Shown here piece by piece: positions 33,681-47,150 of a stretch of 61,849 bases of DNA. Source of the DNA: Rhina ancylostomus (lineage: Eukaryota); contig JARFYF010000022.1 in the NCBI GenBank assembly GCA_030265395.1, positions 30,938,666 to 31,000,514 of the forward strand, given 5' to 3'. The first letter of the stretch is position 1, and each line of letters opens with the position of its first letter. The translations under genes and the position numbers were made by a program. The notes under the pieces are model-generated. The model worked only from the letters and a program-made list of their open reading frames with translations, made no database searches and had not been told where the DNA came from.

Positions 33681-36600
33681 TCTAAAAAACTTTATTCACT
33701 TTGCCTAGTGCAGTTTGTCACTTATATTCCAAATGTGTCAGTTAAGTAACAAAAAGTTCAGTAAAGAAAGGTTTAATTTCAGTGCAGCCAATTTGCATCG
33801 GCAAGTAAGGTGACCAGGGTTTCCTGCCCCGTGCTCTACTGCCAGAAAGTCACTACCTGTGAATGCACAACAAGGGAACAAATTGGATTGACCACAGTAC
33901 ACCTGATTGCATGTGCAATGCTGGAATCATACAAAAATAAATAATAGGGTTGTCAAAATTCACTCCATCATGATACAAAGGGCCATTACTTTGAGGAGAG
34001 GAGAGAAAATTTGAAAAGGACGTTTCATCGGTTAAGTTCAAAACATTGTACCAAGTCTTGCAGAAGTTTTCTGTTTATGGAATTTATGATAGTCATTTAT
34101 GCAGATACGCAGATAAGTGGAATTGCTGTTGATCTGGCAGCAAATTTAATATACAAATCCGATTGCAAACAAAATCTTAGCTCTATTCAATTTCTTTACA
34201 GAGATGAAGCCAAGAAACACTAAATACATATTTCCAAAGCCCACATAAACACTTAAATGATAATAGAAAATATTTCAGAGAAACATTTCCTCAGAAAAGA
34301 AAATACACTTCAAAGGATCAACTGCCAACTTAATTATATTATTGTGAAATTGGATACATTACCTGATAAATCTTATGAATCTGCACACTTCTGTTGCCTA
34401 GCTACCTCAATTTTGTATCAATAACCCAGGAGCAGTAAAAATGTCACTTTGAGTGATGGCTCACCAGTCCTAAATGGACTTTGCATGGAAAGTATCATTT
34501 GAAAAAAAATCATACCTCTAATTGTGGCCAGAATGCAATAGTATTCTGTGATTTGATACATTGCAATTTTAAGCTTAGATTAAATACACATTTACGTGCA
34601 ACCAACTGGAGCCGATTACCAACAGAAAAGCAATAGTTTGCACTGGCCATTGCCCCGAAGGAGCTTTGTATTGCCTAAAAATGCATCATTAAACTATATT
34701 ATATTTCAGCGAACCATAAAACAGTAAAAACTGCTACAGAGTACAATCATTGCTCAGCTGTCAAGCAAAAATGTTCTTTTCATGACTATAAGCAGTGTGC
34801 ATGAACGGGATACAGACTACATAAGGCACCTTTAACATGAGAGGGTGCCAATGACACACATCATAGCTTCCGCAATTACAATTCTGATCATCTCTGGTTC
34901 CTGCTAGTAACTAGTGGGTAAAATTGGATACAAAACACAATAAAAACACTTCAGATTCAAATTATTTCATCACCGCTATTTCAAAGGGATCAGTAATCTA
35001 GATTCTCACGGCTCTACACTCAATCAGGCGATCAGCTGTCTGTTCTATGCATTACTAAGGACTATAGTCTTATGAAACAAGCAGATGCAAGGGAGAAAAA
35101 CTTGCAAAAATTGGTCACACTCTGACCAATAGAAGCAACACTACCTAACCCACTAGAGGTAATTCTGTTAATGCATTCCAAGATTCTCTGGATATTGTGT
35201 GAAAAAATCCATCCCATGACAAAGTGAAAGACCCTGCAGACCAGCAATTCTATGTCACAATTTCTATCTGCATTCCATTTACTGACAAGAGCAGAAACAT
35301 TGGTGTGGACAACAAAGCAAGAAAAACAGCTGCCCCCAGTCCTGTACATCCTTCTGAGAAGTCTATTTACAGAGACATTAGGACAATACTTTGATCTTGT
35401 GAAAATACCTCCACTACAATCAAATAATCTGCTAACATGAAATTTAAATAATGTATGGGTGATGTACTGAAGAGCTACCTGTGGAATTATAGACAAGAAA
35501 GCCAAGACAATTGGAATAGTTGAGAACAAGTATTTAGCTGGGTCCTGGTCCTGACGCTGCCCCATACAGTTAACAATATATATTGACGATACCTTGATAA
35601 TTGAGTTGGGGGTGATACGATGTTTCTCAGAGAAACATACCTGTCTGTGGTGCTTGAGTCAATTTATTCACAAAACAAAGACTAATTAAAAAGCAGAGGA
35701 CACAAACTGTAACCGTTTGTTATATCCGAAACAAAAACAGGGTCATTTTTCCACAAAAATAGAGCACAGGATATTTGTGCATAAATTCAATCTCAGCCAT
35801 TTAGTATAATGTGGCCACTAAATTTGAATCAAACACAACTCATCAAATTATCCTCTTTCTGCCTGGGTCAAGCATTCCCACTATATGCAGCCTATTATTA
35901 AATAGTTAAGTGCACAAGCTGAGATAATAGACTACAAAATGTGTAAAGGCAACGGAAAAATGTACAATGCTCACCTTACTTCACCCATTGGTTACCAGCA
36001 GGAACAAGAGGCAATGATCAGAATTGCAAATGTATAAACCATTTAAGACAGACCTTCCAAATGAATGTAAACAAACCAATAAAGTGAAAGGTGTGATAAA
36101 TTGTTTCCCAACACACAGGCTGTTCAGTAATCCTTTCTCAACGTGAGATTGCATCTTTGAAGTTGAAAGCTAAATTGCTTAACATTTTAATGAGAAATGA
36201 AAAATGAGGCAACCATTCTGAGCACATTAAGGGGTTTCTGGACCTACAAACTATTCTGATCATCCACTCAAACAATTTTTTTGTCTTCATTAACCAGAAC
36301 CACCTTCACTTCAACTACACACCTATGATCAGAATGGTCATCATAGTTTAAATACTGCAGTACTAACACTGCATCAATACAATCATAATGAACCCACAGG
36401 CACATATATCCCTGTTTAATATGCAAGAGATAATTTGTAATAACTACACTGCTTCATTATACTAAATTAACCTCAGTTCTCGATCTGCATTAAGGCACTA
36501 ATTCCATAAGCCAATTTAGATTGATTATACAGGAATATTTTTCTGTTATTTGAAGATACGTATTTAAAATCACTTAATACCTACTAAAAATAATAGGAAG

Positions 36601-38776
36601 AATATTCACGTTATAGTAGTCACTCCATCCTTCAGTGAAGTTACATTACACACTGCTGCTTCTCCTGCAACTGCATATCCAGGGGTACGGCTAAAAATTA
36701 ATCTGGATGGTCCCCGACCTACCAGCTGTTGAAAAAGCATTCCAACATGACAAGGCTATTAAAAATTGCTTATATTTAAATAACTTGTTTCTTATCTTAG
36801 CTTTNNNNNNNNNNNNNNNNNNNNNNNNNNNNNNNNNNNNNNNNNNNNNNNNNNNNNNNNNNNNNNNNNNNNNNNNNNNNNNNNNNNNNNNNNNNNNNNN
36901 NNNNTAACTTTAGTCCTGTAGCATTTTTAAAATTCTTTACAAAAATCTGTTCCTGTAGCTATGAAATATGAATGTATGAGACAGCCATGCTTATAAAGAA
37001 TTGTACTTTTACCATCAAAACAAGAGCTTCCTTCCCTCTCACCCTTTTTTCTCTACATACTGGGTTAGCTTTTTTAGCTTTTTTTCCCCTTTTGAAGTCC
37101 ACTAAAAAGAGTGTATGAAAATTGCTGGTGGTGGCTGTTCTCTTAACCGTGAGACTGCACAAGTTCACTAGCTCTCCATAGAAAGTACATGCAGTGGTTT
37201 TGTGGCCATTGGCAATGAAGATGACTATGGTTAAACATTAATATATTCATAACTGGTCTACCAGAAATTATTTTTAGAATGGTGTGTGTTTAATTAGGTA
37301 AGGAAGCCCCGATAAAAATGCATCTGTTGCCTTTTGGTTAAAATATTTAATTTAGGTTCTTCAACCCATCCCAAGAATTTCATGGATTCCATAACACTAT
37401 TAAAAGTGCAAATATTTAAAATCATAATATTCCATTTAAAATTCTTCTGTGATCAACTGCATACAAAGTACAGCAGTTGACCATTTCATTGCTGTTTGGT
37501 AATGTGGTGCTGCAGGATAACCACCACCTTTGCATAACTAACAAATCATTGCTCTTCAAAAATAATTCACAAGTGAAATGCTTGAGCCTTTTCAATACAA
37601 GATAGCATCTGCAGAAAACCTTAGTAAAATGCTATTCATATCTGACCATCAGATTTGATTGTTAATAAAAGGCACATTGACAGAATTGAAGGCACCAACC
37701 ACACAATTTCAACTAATTATACATTTCTGCTCTGGTGATGCATAGTCATCCAGTTTAAAAAGCAGCATCAACAATTATAAACAATAATACCACATAAATG
37801 TCACATACAAAAGGACTGCAAAGATGTTCCATTAGCAATACAATATACTAATCACAAATGGAGCTCCAAGTAGATATCAGAAGTTCACAGCTCAAAGCCC
37901 TTGCAACTGGAAGGCTCAGAAATTATCAGAGTGAAACAAGCAGCACAATTAAGGGAAATACTATTTCTATACTTTTACTGTGCAATAATTGGAAAAAGTT
38001 ATTATCAGACTGGCAACAGAAATATATTGGTGTGGATGCTGGGAATCTGAACTTAGTACAAATGCAGGCAATAGGACAGGAGGCAACATTCAACCATGCT
38101 GGCTCCCTACAAGCGCAATACTGCTGGTCACCCAAAGCTGCCCCTGTCCACAGCTCTGCAAATTTTGTTCCAAGTTCTGATCCAATTCACTTCTCCAGCT
38201 ACTCACTGAATGAGCTTTTCCTCAGGTTGCTTTCAATACATTTGCCAAAATTATGCGTGTCTGCTGGTCAACATGAAGGGCTGTTTTGTTTTTAGCCATA
38301 ATTATTTTATTACCGCATTCACCCTCAACCTTTTCTGCTCAAGATAGATCACAATTTCTCCTGCCTTTCCTTGCAATACAGTTCTCTTATTCCTAGAGCC
38401 ATTCCAGAAAATTTTTCTGCTTTCTTTCTGAACCTTTCACGACCTTCTTGTTGTGTCAACCAAAAGTGATAAAACTTTCCACTGATTTCAATTGTTTTCA
38501 AAAGTTCATAATAATTTCCTCCCTTTTGCAATCTTATTTGTAATTAAAGGGTCAATACACTGATGGTAGCTGGAGTTGTCTGTAATGGATACACAGAGGA
38601 AATGCAGCAGGTCAATTCAACAATGCATCACTCAAATTCCAACTGGATAGAATCAGGGACAGGAAGGGACCATATTTTCCCCATCAATGGTGGTAGGAAG
38701 ATGGAAAAAAGAATTATTTCCCCCAATGCAGTATGGTTGGAGTCAGCTCAGAAAGTGAGCAGCAAGAATATGTTAA

Positions 38777-38855
38777 GTCTGGAATTCCAAGTCTGAAGGA
38801 GTTTAATGACTTGTCTGAAATTCCAAGTCTGAAGTGAGTTTAAGGAGTTTAATGA
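38777..38855. repeat. Local tandem duplication (about 36-bp unit)
   Basis: gtctggaattccaagtctgaaggagtttaatga followed by gtctgaaattccaagtctgaag..gagtttaaggagtttaatga. Confidence 0.8.
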
Positions 38856-39099
38856 TCAGTTGGGAAAACTGAAAACTGAAAACATTAGCAATATTGTGGT
38901 TTATTCCCCAAGCTTCCATACCATCTTAGCTGGCATTTTCCATTACATAATTCTCCACATCTACTCAAATTTCAGCAGCATTCACATCATTACCTTCATC
39001 AACTTTCCATTTATCCGCCCACTATAGAAACACACCAAACCTCATGCTATTTGTGTTACATGCTTCTTGTCCATCCTCACAGGACTCAATGCATCCATC

Positions 39100-39785
39100 A
39101 GATAGGGGCAGAGAACTAGAAATCCCCAGTCAAGTGAAAAGATGGTAACACCCATAAGCTGACTTTATGTCATTCTTAACTGATAGAGATAATCTGGCAA
39201 TCAAGCTTGTGGCTTTATCACAATGAATTGATATTGTTTTGTGGGTCTGCTTGGACCTCGATATGTACAGCTACTGGCTCAGGACAACCAAGAGCATGGT
39301 TCCTCAATACAGACTCGAGGGTGCAACATCATAGGGTGTGCAAACACTCAAACTGATGGATTTAGCTAAATTGTGTTCATTTTAAAGTTAGAACTCACAG
39401 GCAAGCACATGGACAGCAACGGCAAGTCTGTAGAGGAATAACATTACAGACCACAACTAAATTCAGATGCTGAATCCCCAGTAGCCACCTGAGAAGTGTC
39501 ACAATTCAATCAGGTATTCAGACATGATTGTCTACTCTCCACAAATTCAGGAGGGTTGAGCAATCCAACTTGAACACATCATACAACACTTGATGGTGTC
39601 ATATGATGATGCCTTCCCAAAGAGAGACCAGCTCCCTCTCCCTAACATGATGCAAGTAACTTTACCTCATTGACTGCACTGGCTCATGGAAGTGACCCAT
39701 TACCACCTTCAAAGACAAATGGGTAGAAAAATAAATACTGGGCTCCCCAGTGAACTCCTTATCGCATGAACTAATGAAGGAAGAG
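39100..39785 (+). mobile_element. Ancient L2/CR1-group LINE fragment
   Basis: Decayed RT remnants and tail ccattaccaccttc..aataaatactgggctccccagtgaactccttatcgcatga. Confidence 0.5.
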
Positions 39786-42700
39786 AGAAAATACATGGGA
39801 GCTAGAAGTGAACAGTTGATTAACCTGCCAGAAATGTTCACTATTGCAGAAAGTGGAGCATTGTCACATTGGCAGCTACAGCACTGAAATGATAACTCGA
39901 GAGAATTCAAGAGAAATGAAGAATATAAGTTGAGACAGGGTGACAAGGGACTATTTACAGAAGACAGAAGAGATTGGTAAGTGAAGGGGTTTAAGTTACT
40001 TAAAACAGAACAAATAATAGATCTAGCAAGGTCAGGAGCAAAGGTTGTTCAGGAGGGGTTGCTCAACACAGATGAGTACATTAATTTATGAGAGGTGAAA
40101 GTCAATGACAGTGTAAAAAGGCCACTTGGAAGATGATGTTAGTAATGATGATTTTGTTAAAATACAGCAGGACCACAAATGTACAATGTTTCAGGAATAG
40201 GAGGCAATACTTAATATGGGGAAAACACAATGCTCAAGTTTAGCATCAAGAGTTACAAATCTTAAATTTTCACAGCAGCAGCAGCAGCTTAATACCAGAA
40301 CACTTAAGACCTCATTTCTCTGAGAGCAAAATTTAGCTTTAATAAATCACTGGACCAAAAAAAAAGAATTTGATTCTAGAATGCAATCGACTTTCAAGTT
40401 GTGACTCACTTTAACACAAGCAACTTGACTCACAAAAGCAACTTGCAAGGCTTTTGAATCCATCTTGTGCTGCCCCAGGAAGTATCTTCATGCAAAAAGT
40501 CCACTAATATTTCAAATTTTCAAAGCCAATTGACTTAAAATTTGCTTGCTATATTTTTTAATCACAGGCACAGAATCTTAAAGTCTCATATGCCAACTCA
40601 CAGAGCAATCCCATTCCCCCCAATTCCCATTTCCCTGTAGCCAATTCTCTCCACCTTCCCATCAAACTCTCCCAGACTCAAAAGGGAAAGAAGAAAAGTA
40701 TGATGTAGAGATTGGAAGAGAATGAAAGATACAAGACAATGTGAAACCAAAGGAAGATTTTTGTGGGTTCTTAGAAGCAACCAAAGTTGAGACTGTTACC
40801 ATTAAGTTTGTGGCATCCACTGGTGCACCAAAATACATGATTAACTACAACAGAGAACATGATTCGACTATGATAAAGTTCATCCAGATTACTTGGTAGA
40901 ATGGATATGTTCTGTAGTCTGTGACAAATCCAACAAAGTATAAAAAGTATATGCCCTTTTACAATCTCAAAAAAAGCATTCGACTCCTTGGAATAAAAAA
41001 AACAAAATCTTCAACAATTCATGGGGATCCCTGGGATGGTGAGAAACAACACAGAGGAAGGCAATGTGAACAGAGTCATCATGACAGGAGCACAGAAACC
41101 ATGCAGAAAATGGAGTGCACAACATCCTAAGAAGACCTTAAATTTCAGATTATTTAGCACACTGTCTTTATAGTACCAAAACGCAGAAGTAGAACATGAA
41201 GTAATATCTAATGATAGTCATTCCAGTCACCTTGACTATTATATTATTCAGAATGCTTCCATTCATATCAAGCACTTGGCTGCCTTGGCTCTTTCTATAA
41301 ACTCAACCTTTAAGCTTTATGTGGGAGATCTAATTGGGAAACAAAAGAGAGGGAAGATTCAAAATACTAAGCAGCCTGTACTTAACTAGCACTTAATGTT
41401 CTCTGCTCACCCCCTGTAAAATCTCACCATCAACAGCCACTTGTAGTCAAGGGTGATCAGCTTCCCCTTCAATGCTGGGATCTGAGTCCACTAGAGTTCA
41501 TTGTGGTATTTGAAGACCTTGTTACAGGTGAGACTTGACTGGGGGGATTAGACGTTTAGCTGAAAATTACATAAACATTTGTGAATTGAAATTTTAGAAC
41601 AGTTGACTGAAAAGTTGGATTATAAAAAATGGTTCCCATTGAGAATAAAAGTTCATTCACACATTTGATCAGTTTTAGTTTCTGCAATGAGTGTCAACCA
41701 ATAAATATATCAATGGAAGTGGTGGGTAGGGAATAAAAAAAACATTCTGGCTATTAAATAAAAATCCAAATACATGATAAACTTGGTCAGTCCAGCTCAC
41801 TGCTTTAGCTGCACTGATAAGCACTGATCTATTAATTCCTTCAGAACCATAAGTAGATATTTCCAATAATATTCCCAAAGTTCTGAAACTCAGTGGCTGG
41901 TCAGTTAGACAGAAAACAGAGTTTAAAGCTACTCATTAAGGTTAGTCCCTCTGTTTCAAATGATTACTTTGCATTACCTGTATAATTTTANNNNNNNNNN
42001 NNNNNNNNNNNNNNNNNNNNNNNNNNNNNNNNNNNNNNNNNNNNNNNNNNNNNNNNNNNNNNNNNNNNNNNNNNNNNNNNNNNNNNNNNNTTTTACTCAA
42101 TGCAATGATGACAGGGGATTTGCTTACACATGCTACTCCTTGTCCTGTTATAAAATTTGCTCAGCTTCCTCAGAAATTCTGACTTGAATCACCAACATTT
42201 TTTTTCATCTTCATCCTTTTTCAGTGGAAAGATACAAATGGTATCTCTGCATATATTCACTTGTCAAATCAAACAGCCAGCTTTCAGACATTTAAAAATC
42301 CAAAGATGCAAGTTAATTACCTTTACTGAACAACTTGAGCAATGTGTTACATTATACAGCATTCAGAAAAAGACAGACTAGTTATTCTTCAGTTACATCT
42401 GAATGATAATGACCCACGACTAGAAGAATCCAATTACATTCCTTGTCAACAAGCCATATTTTTAGAACACCTTTAAAGCAGCAAAATAAAGATCCTTCGT
42501 GCAAGCCCTTTAGCAATCCCTTCATGAATCTATTGATACAGAATATTATATATTATGTTCCAAGAGAAAGAGGTTTATTTAAAATTTAGCACATAAGCAA
42601 CTTGCATGTTGAGACTAACGTTATTGCTGCAAAGAGTGTTCCAGTATGTGACAAAGTTCCATTGCTGAGGAGCAGACCAAGACAGCACTGGTTGAGATAC

Positions 42701-43687
42701 AACCTGGGCATAAGTGGATTCATTGAGAACTGTATATTCCATACTTAATGGCATGTCATGCTATNNNNNNNNNNNNNNNNNNNNNNNNNNNNNNNNNNNN
42801 NNNNNNNNNNNNNNNNNNNNNNNNNNNNNNNNNNNNNNNNNNNNNNNNNNNNNNNNNNNNNNNNNNNNNNNNNNNNNNNNNNNNNNNNNNNNNNNNNNNN
42901 NNNNNNNNNNNNNNNNNNNNNNNNNNNNNNNNNNNNNNNNNNNNNNNNNNNNNNNNNNNNNNNNNNNNNNNNNNNNNNNNNNNNNNNNNNNNNNNNNNNN
43001 NNNNNNNNNNNNNNNNNAAAGATCATTTGACTTACACAAACACTTCAGATTTTGTCATTAATTTCAAGTAAATAATTCTTTCTTCTGCAAAGGTTCACAT
43101 TCTCCTTCAATGTCCAGGACACTGTTTGCTATAAAGAAAAATTAATGTATTCATTCCATATACAATACAAACTGGATAGCTCAAGCTCTGTCATCCGTGT
43201 TCAGACTCCTGATGCCATGTGTTGCACCATACTGGCATTCCATTTCAACAACGTTGCAGCTAAACTGCATGCGACAGTCCTGCAGATGGATCAATGCCAC
43301 AGGCTTGCTGAGCTATGAACTTCAATTGGTACACACGGGGGACCAGATTCCATGCAAGTGGTCACAGGAAAACACTGAGGAAAAGTTAGTTTTGGTCTTA
43401 ACTTGGTAGCTGACAGTCAATGTCCTGCAACACATCCTTCAACAATCTCATTGCCAATTCCTCTTGATGAATACTAAAAGAGTATTTATCTCCAAAGTCA
43501 TGGCACACAAACTATTTCCATGTTGAGTTTCAAAGCTGTAAACTGAATGTTCCAGATTCTGATGATGTTGTAAGTGTGAAACATGCACAACATGACTCTT
43601 GTCCAGTCAAAAATCACAACATGAAATATACTGCTCTTAATGTATCCATGTGGGGTAATGCTTAAAAATCCATTATATTTATCCAGC

Positions 43688-43960
43688 AAAATTTGACACA
43701 GAGGTGCACAAATAGATTAGGACTGACAGAACCTTTGATTAAAGGAGGTTTGTTTTGAGGAAGAGAGAGGAGGTTGAGGGAAATCCCAAGCTTGGAATCT
43801 TGGCAGTTCCAGTGTTGAGTCAAATGGATTTGGAGGTACCCAGGAAGGCAAAATTGGAGGAGCTTAGTGTTACAAGAGTGAAAAAAATAACAGTAAATTA
43901 AAGCACCAATGTCAAGGAAGGATTCAAAAGAGACATTTGAAAAGTAAAGTATTAGTTTAG
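43688..43960 (-). mobile_element. L2-like LINE 3' fragment
   Basis: aaatttgacacagag...gagagaggaggttgagggaaatcccaagctt...aattggaggagc, resembling the reverse strand of elasmobranch L2. Confidence 0.5.
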
Positions 43961-44019
43961 CCTAATATGTAACAGGAAGGGAGACAAGTGGCCAAGACTG
44001 ACAAATGGATGACTTCCAG

Positions 44020-44295
44020 TTTTATTGACCAGACCACAAACACCCTTGAGTAGCCATTTGAAGTGACAACTGGATGTGAAGTCTCAGATGGGTCAGACAA
44101 AGTATAGAGACCCAGATGGGATTTTCTGATAATTCAGTAGCTTTCTGGTCACTCATACTGATGCTAGATTTGCAATTCCATATTTAAGTAACAAATTAAA
44201 TTCCTCAACTGCTCCAGTGGTATTTGAACTCATCTCTGAATTATTAGTCCAGATCCCCAGATTTCAAGACCAGTAATTTGATCGCTAAACTCCCA
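44020..44295 (-). mobile_element. Old tRNA-derived SINE (family of 33338-33680)
   Basis: ccagatgggattt...aaattcctcaactgctccagtggtatttgaactc. Confidence 0.55.
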
Positions 44296-45639
44296 TCTCA
44301 ATCCCAATGACAAAGTCATCCATAACCTCCATGTATTCTGAGGAAAGGGTGAAAAAGATTTTGATGAGGGGTTTAAGAAATCTGTGTGGAGTGGAAAGAA
44401 GCAGCCAAGTGTTGTTAGTAAATAAGCAGTTGACGGTGGTGGAATTCTGAACAAGTTTGACAGAGTTAGGGCATGATAGTTGTGATTTTGCCAAATTTGG
44501 CAGTGAATGACAAAACCAGGTGTCAAACGTATCTGTGCTACATTGTCTTCATTTCCTCCCATTTTTAATTCTACCACCTTCAAGAGCTTGTTTATCTAGT
44601 TTTTAAAATGTGATGGAATGTTTATCCAACTTTTTACAACCAGTTATGGCAGATTGCACAGAGTACATGATAAAGGCTCAGAGTTACTTTGTATAAACAC
44701 TTACACATTTATTTGAAAATCATAAACACAAACAAATCACACATATTCCCTACCCTACACTCTTTAGCACCAACACTATCACATCAATATTCCTCTTTCT
44801 GAAAACATTTATTAATTGTTTGGCCACAGATTATTTGATACCAAATATCTACCAGCACCTCAGCCAAGCGGCCATTAATCAAGTCACTAATTTCAGACAC
44901 AGTAAAGAGAACCAGTGCCTGCCCAGAGGAAGTTCTAGATTCCCAAAGAAAATTTAGCAGCTTTTATTTTAAAAAACTCAAATTTATTTACTTAAAAGAA
45001 ATTACACTGCTGTAAATGGGATAAAGCACAAATTAAGTTGGTAAAAACTAAGCAATCTGTAGTACTCCAGATCAGTTGCCACTCCCAACATTGCTCAAAG
45101 AGATCATTTCAGTTCAAACACCCTCGATTCTTTGAGATGAAAGTACAAGCTGAGTTGCCAGCAGTCTTCTGGCAAATCAGTTCCTGTTTGCAACTTCCAA
45201 AAAAAAAATTCATTGTAGAAATAATGATTTGATTACGTCATATTGCAGGATCAAGGATCCATTTGTTCTGCTGACAACCTCTTAATTTGGTCTTTCAAAT
45301 AAGCCAACGGCATTCAGCTAAGAAATTGGCTTTAAATTTTATTTCATGTCTTTCTAAATCTGTTGAATTTGTGCCAATTCACTTATTTCATTCTACAACA
45401 TTATGGAGTCAAGTCTGAAAAGTCACTTGCATTACTCACTTATTCAATTATCTGTCAACAATTCCACTAACTTCACCTGTTTTTAATGTTGATTTGACAG
45501 AATTTTACACAATTGCAAACTTACCTACTCAATGATAGTGCAAAAAAATAGTCTCACTTTTCTCTGTTAAGTAAAATTCAGTGAGAACGAGAGATCAATA
45601 ATCATTTCTTCTTCAAAAAATTTGCATTGACATAATAAA

Positions 45640-45935
45640 TTCCAATATATGCTCAAGCTACAGGGGTATTGCAGAAGAGAGCAGGGATGTTTCCCTTGTT
45701 TGATATATCTAAAAAAAACAGGGATCACTGTGTCAAGAGAATGGGTTGGTTATTCAGGAGTGGAGATGAAAAGAAATTTCTCTACCCAGAGGATGGTGAA
45801 CCTTTGAAATTTTCTACCCAAACTGGTTGCAGATTCTCAGTTCCTTTATATATTGGAGATACAAGTGATCTTTTTGGATTTTCTGGAAATCAAGGCATGT
45901 AGGATAAAGCTGAAGCACAAGATTAGTCTGTCACA
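45640..45935 (+). mobile_element. Degraded CR1 3' end
   Basis: ggatgtttccctt...gagatgaaaagaaatttctctacccagaggatggtgaacctttg. Confidence 0.75.
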
Positions 45936-46349
45936 TGCCCGTGCATAAATCCAATATGTGCACAGAAATTCACCTTCAAGTCCCAGCTGAAGGGGAAATA
46001 ACTCTGCCATGGATTTTGCTCTGAATAACAATTTAGCAACCTCCAGGTGAAAGCAGTTTGTGGACTCTTTCAGATCCTGACGCAAAACACCACTGAAAGA
46101 AACCTTTAGGTTCAAATGACAGTGATCAATTTGTGTGAGACAATGGAGGGTCATGCATGGAAACATCCGCTAGAAGAATCAGTTGTGGCACAGCTACAAT
46201 GGGTGGAATAGCTCGCATTTCTACTATATGATTCCATGATTGGGCTTGGAGGTGGGAAAGAAAGGAGAACAGGATAGAAAGGGCAGAAGGGCCTTCAACA
46301 TGTTTGGCTAGACCCCTCATACTGTGCAAGCTGAATTCATTGAACATGT

Positions 46350-46448
46350 GCAATCTCTACCGATGATCTGGCTGGATGGCACACAAACAAAAGCTTCTCA
46401 CTGTATCTCAGTACACTTGACAATAATAAACCAATTTCATTTCCAATT
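46350..46448 (+). mobile_element. Rex1-like LINE 3' tail
   Basis: aaagcttctcactgtatctcagtacacttgacaataataaaccaat. Confidence 0.55.
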
Positions 46449-46799
46449 CCTAATAGTGCCAATGACTGTGGCACCAACAAATGTAAACGATGCATAACTC
46501 ACATTGCACTTCCATTTTGGAGCATCGAATCTGCATTAATCATACATACGTGTGGTGTTCCAAGTACAACTGTTAGTTTATTTGTTGTTAAAATTTACTT
46601 TTGTAACACAAAACAATCTACATTTTCATTTTTAGATAGGAGCACAGCAATTTAAGCAAGTCCTCAGATTTGTGTTAGAAACTGACATCACTCCATGGCA
46701 AGGAAACTGGTTTAAAAGACCACAGCAGGAACATCAAGTTAAGAATATGATTTAAAGCCATGGAGATGTACAAGGAGAGATCATTAATTAATATATAGA

Positions 46800-47150
46800 A
46801 GATGTAGTATAAACCTTTCACAATCTTTTAATGTCTGAAATTATTCCAATATCAAGTATTTTCTTTTTAGAAACGTTGAAGACATTGCAGTAAAAGGAGG
46901 CAACAGCCAAAGCCATTGAACAGCAATGAGATAATGAACCAGATAAACTGATTCAGCAGTTGGTTGGATAAATCTAAGTCAAGAGATGAGAAGAACACCA
47001 TTACTCTTCATGAATCAGTGCTCGTCTCTTCTGAAAAGCAATATATCATAACTCAACACATTCTCAGCTCTGCACTGAAATCCCAGCCAGGATTACGTAC
47101 TCAAGTCTCCACAGCATTTCGTCTCTGACACAAGGCTGCAATGAGAGTTG
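46800..47150 (-). mobile_element. Degraded DeuSINE
   Basis: aacagcaatgagataatgaaccagataa...ctgcactgaaatcccagccaggattacgtactcaagtctc. Confidence 0.6.

Noticed and set aside
35062-35565. 167-aa minus-strand ORF
   Set aside because: No recognisable domain or PLEKHA7 similarity and no convincing splice boundaries; compatible with chance.
37858-38295. 145-aa plus-strand ORF
   Set aside because: Overlaps what looks like a decayed Penelope-type terminal repeat (gatgctgggaatctgaa); no protein family recognised.
38777-38885. Short repeats that might suggest a CRISPR-like array
   Set aside because: Only two or three adjacent units with no spacers; simple slippage duplications in eukaryotic DNA.
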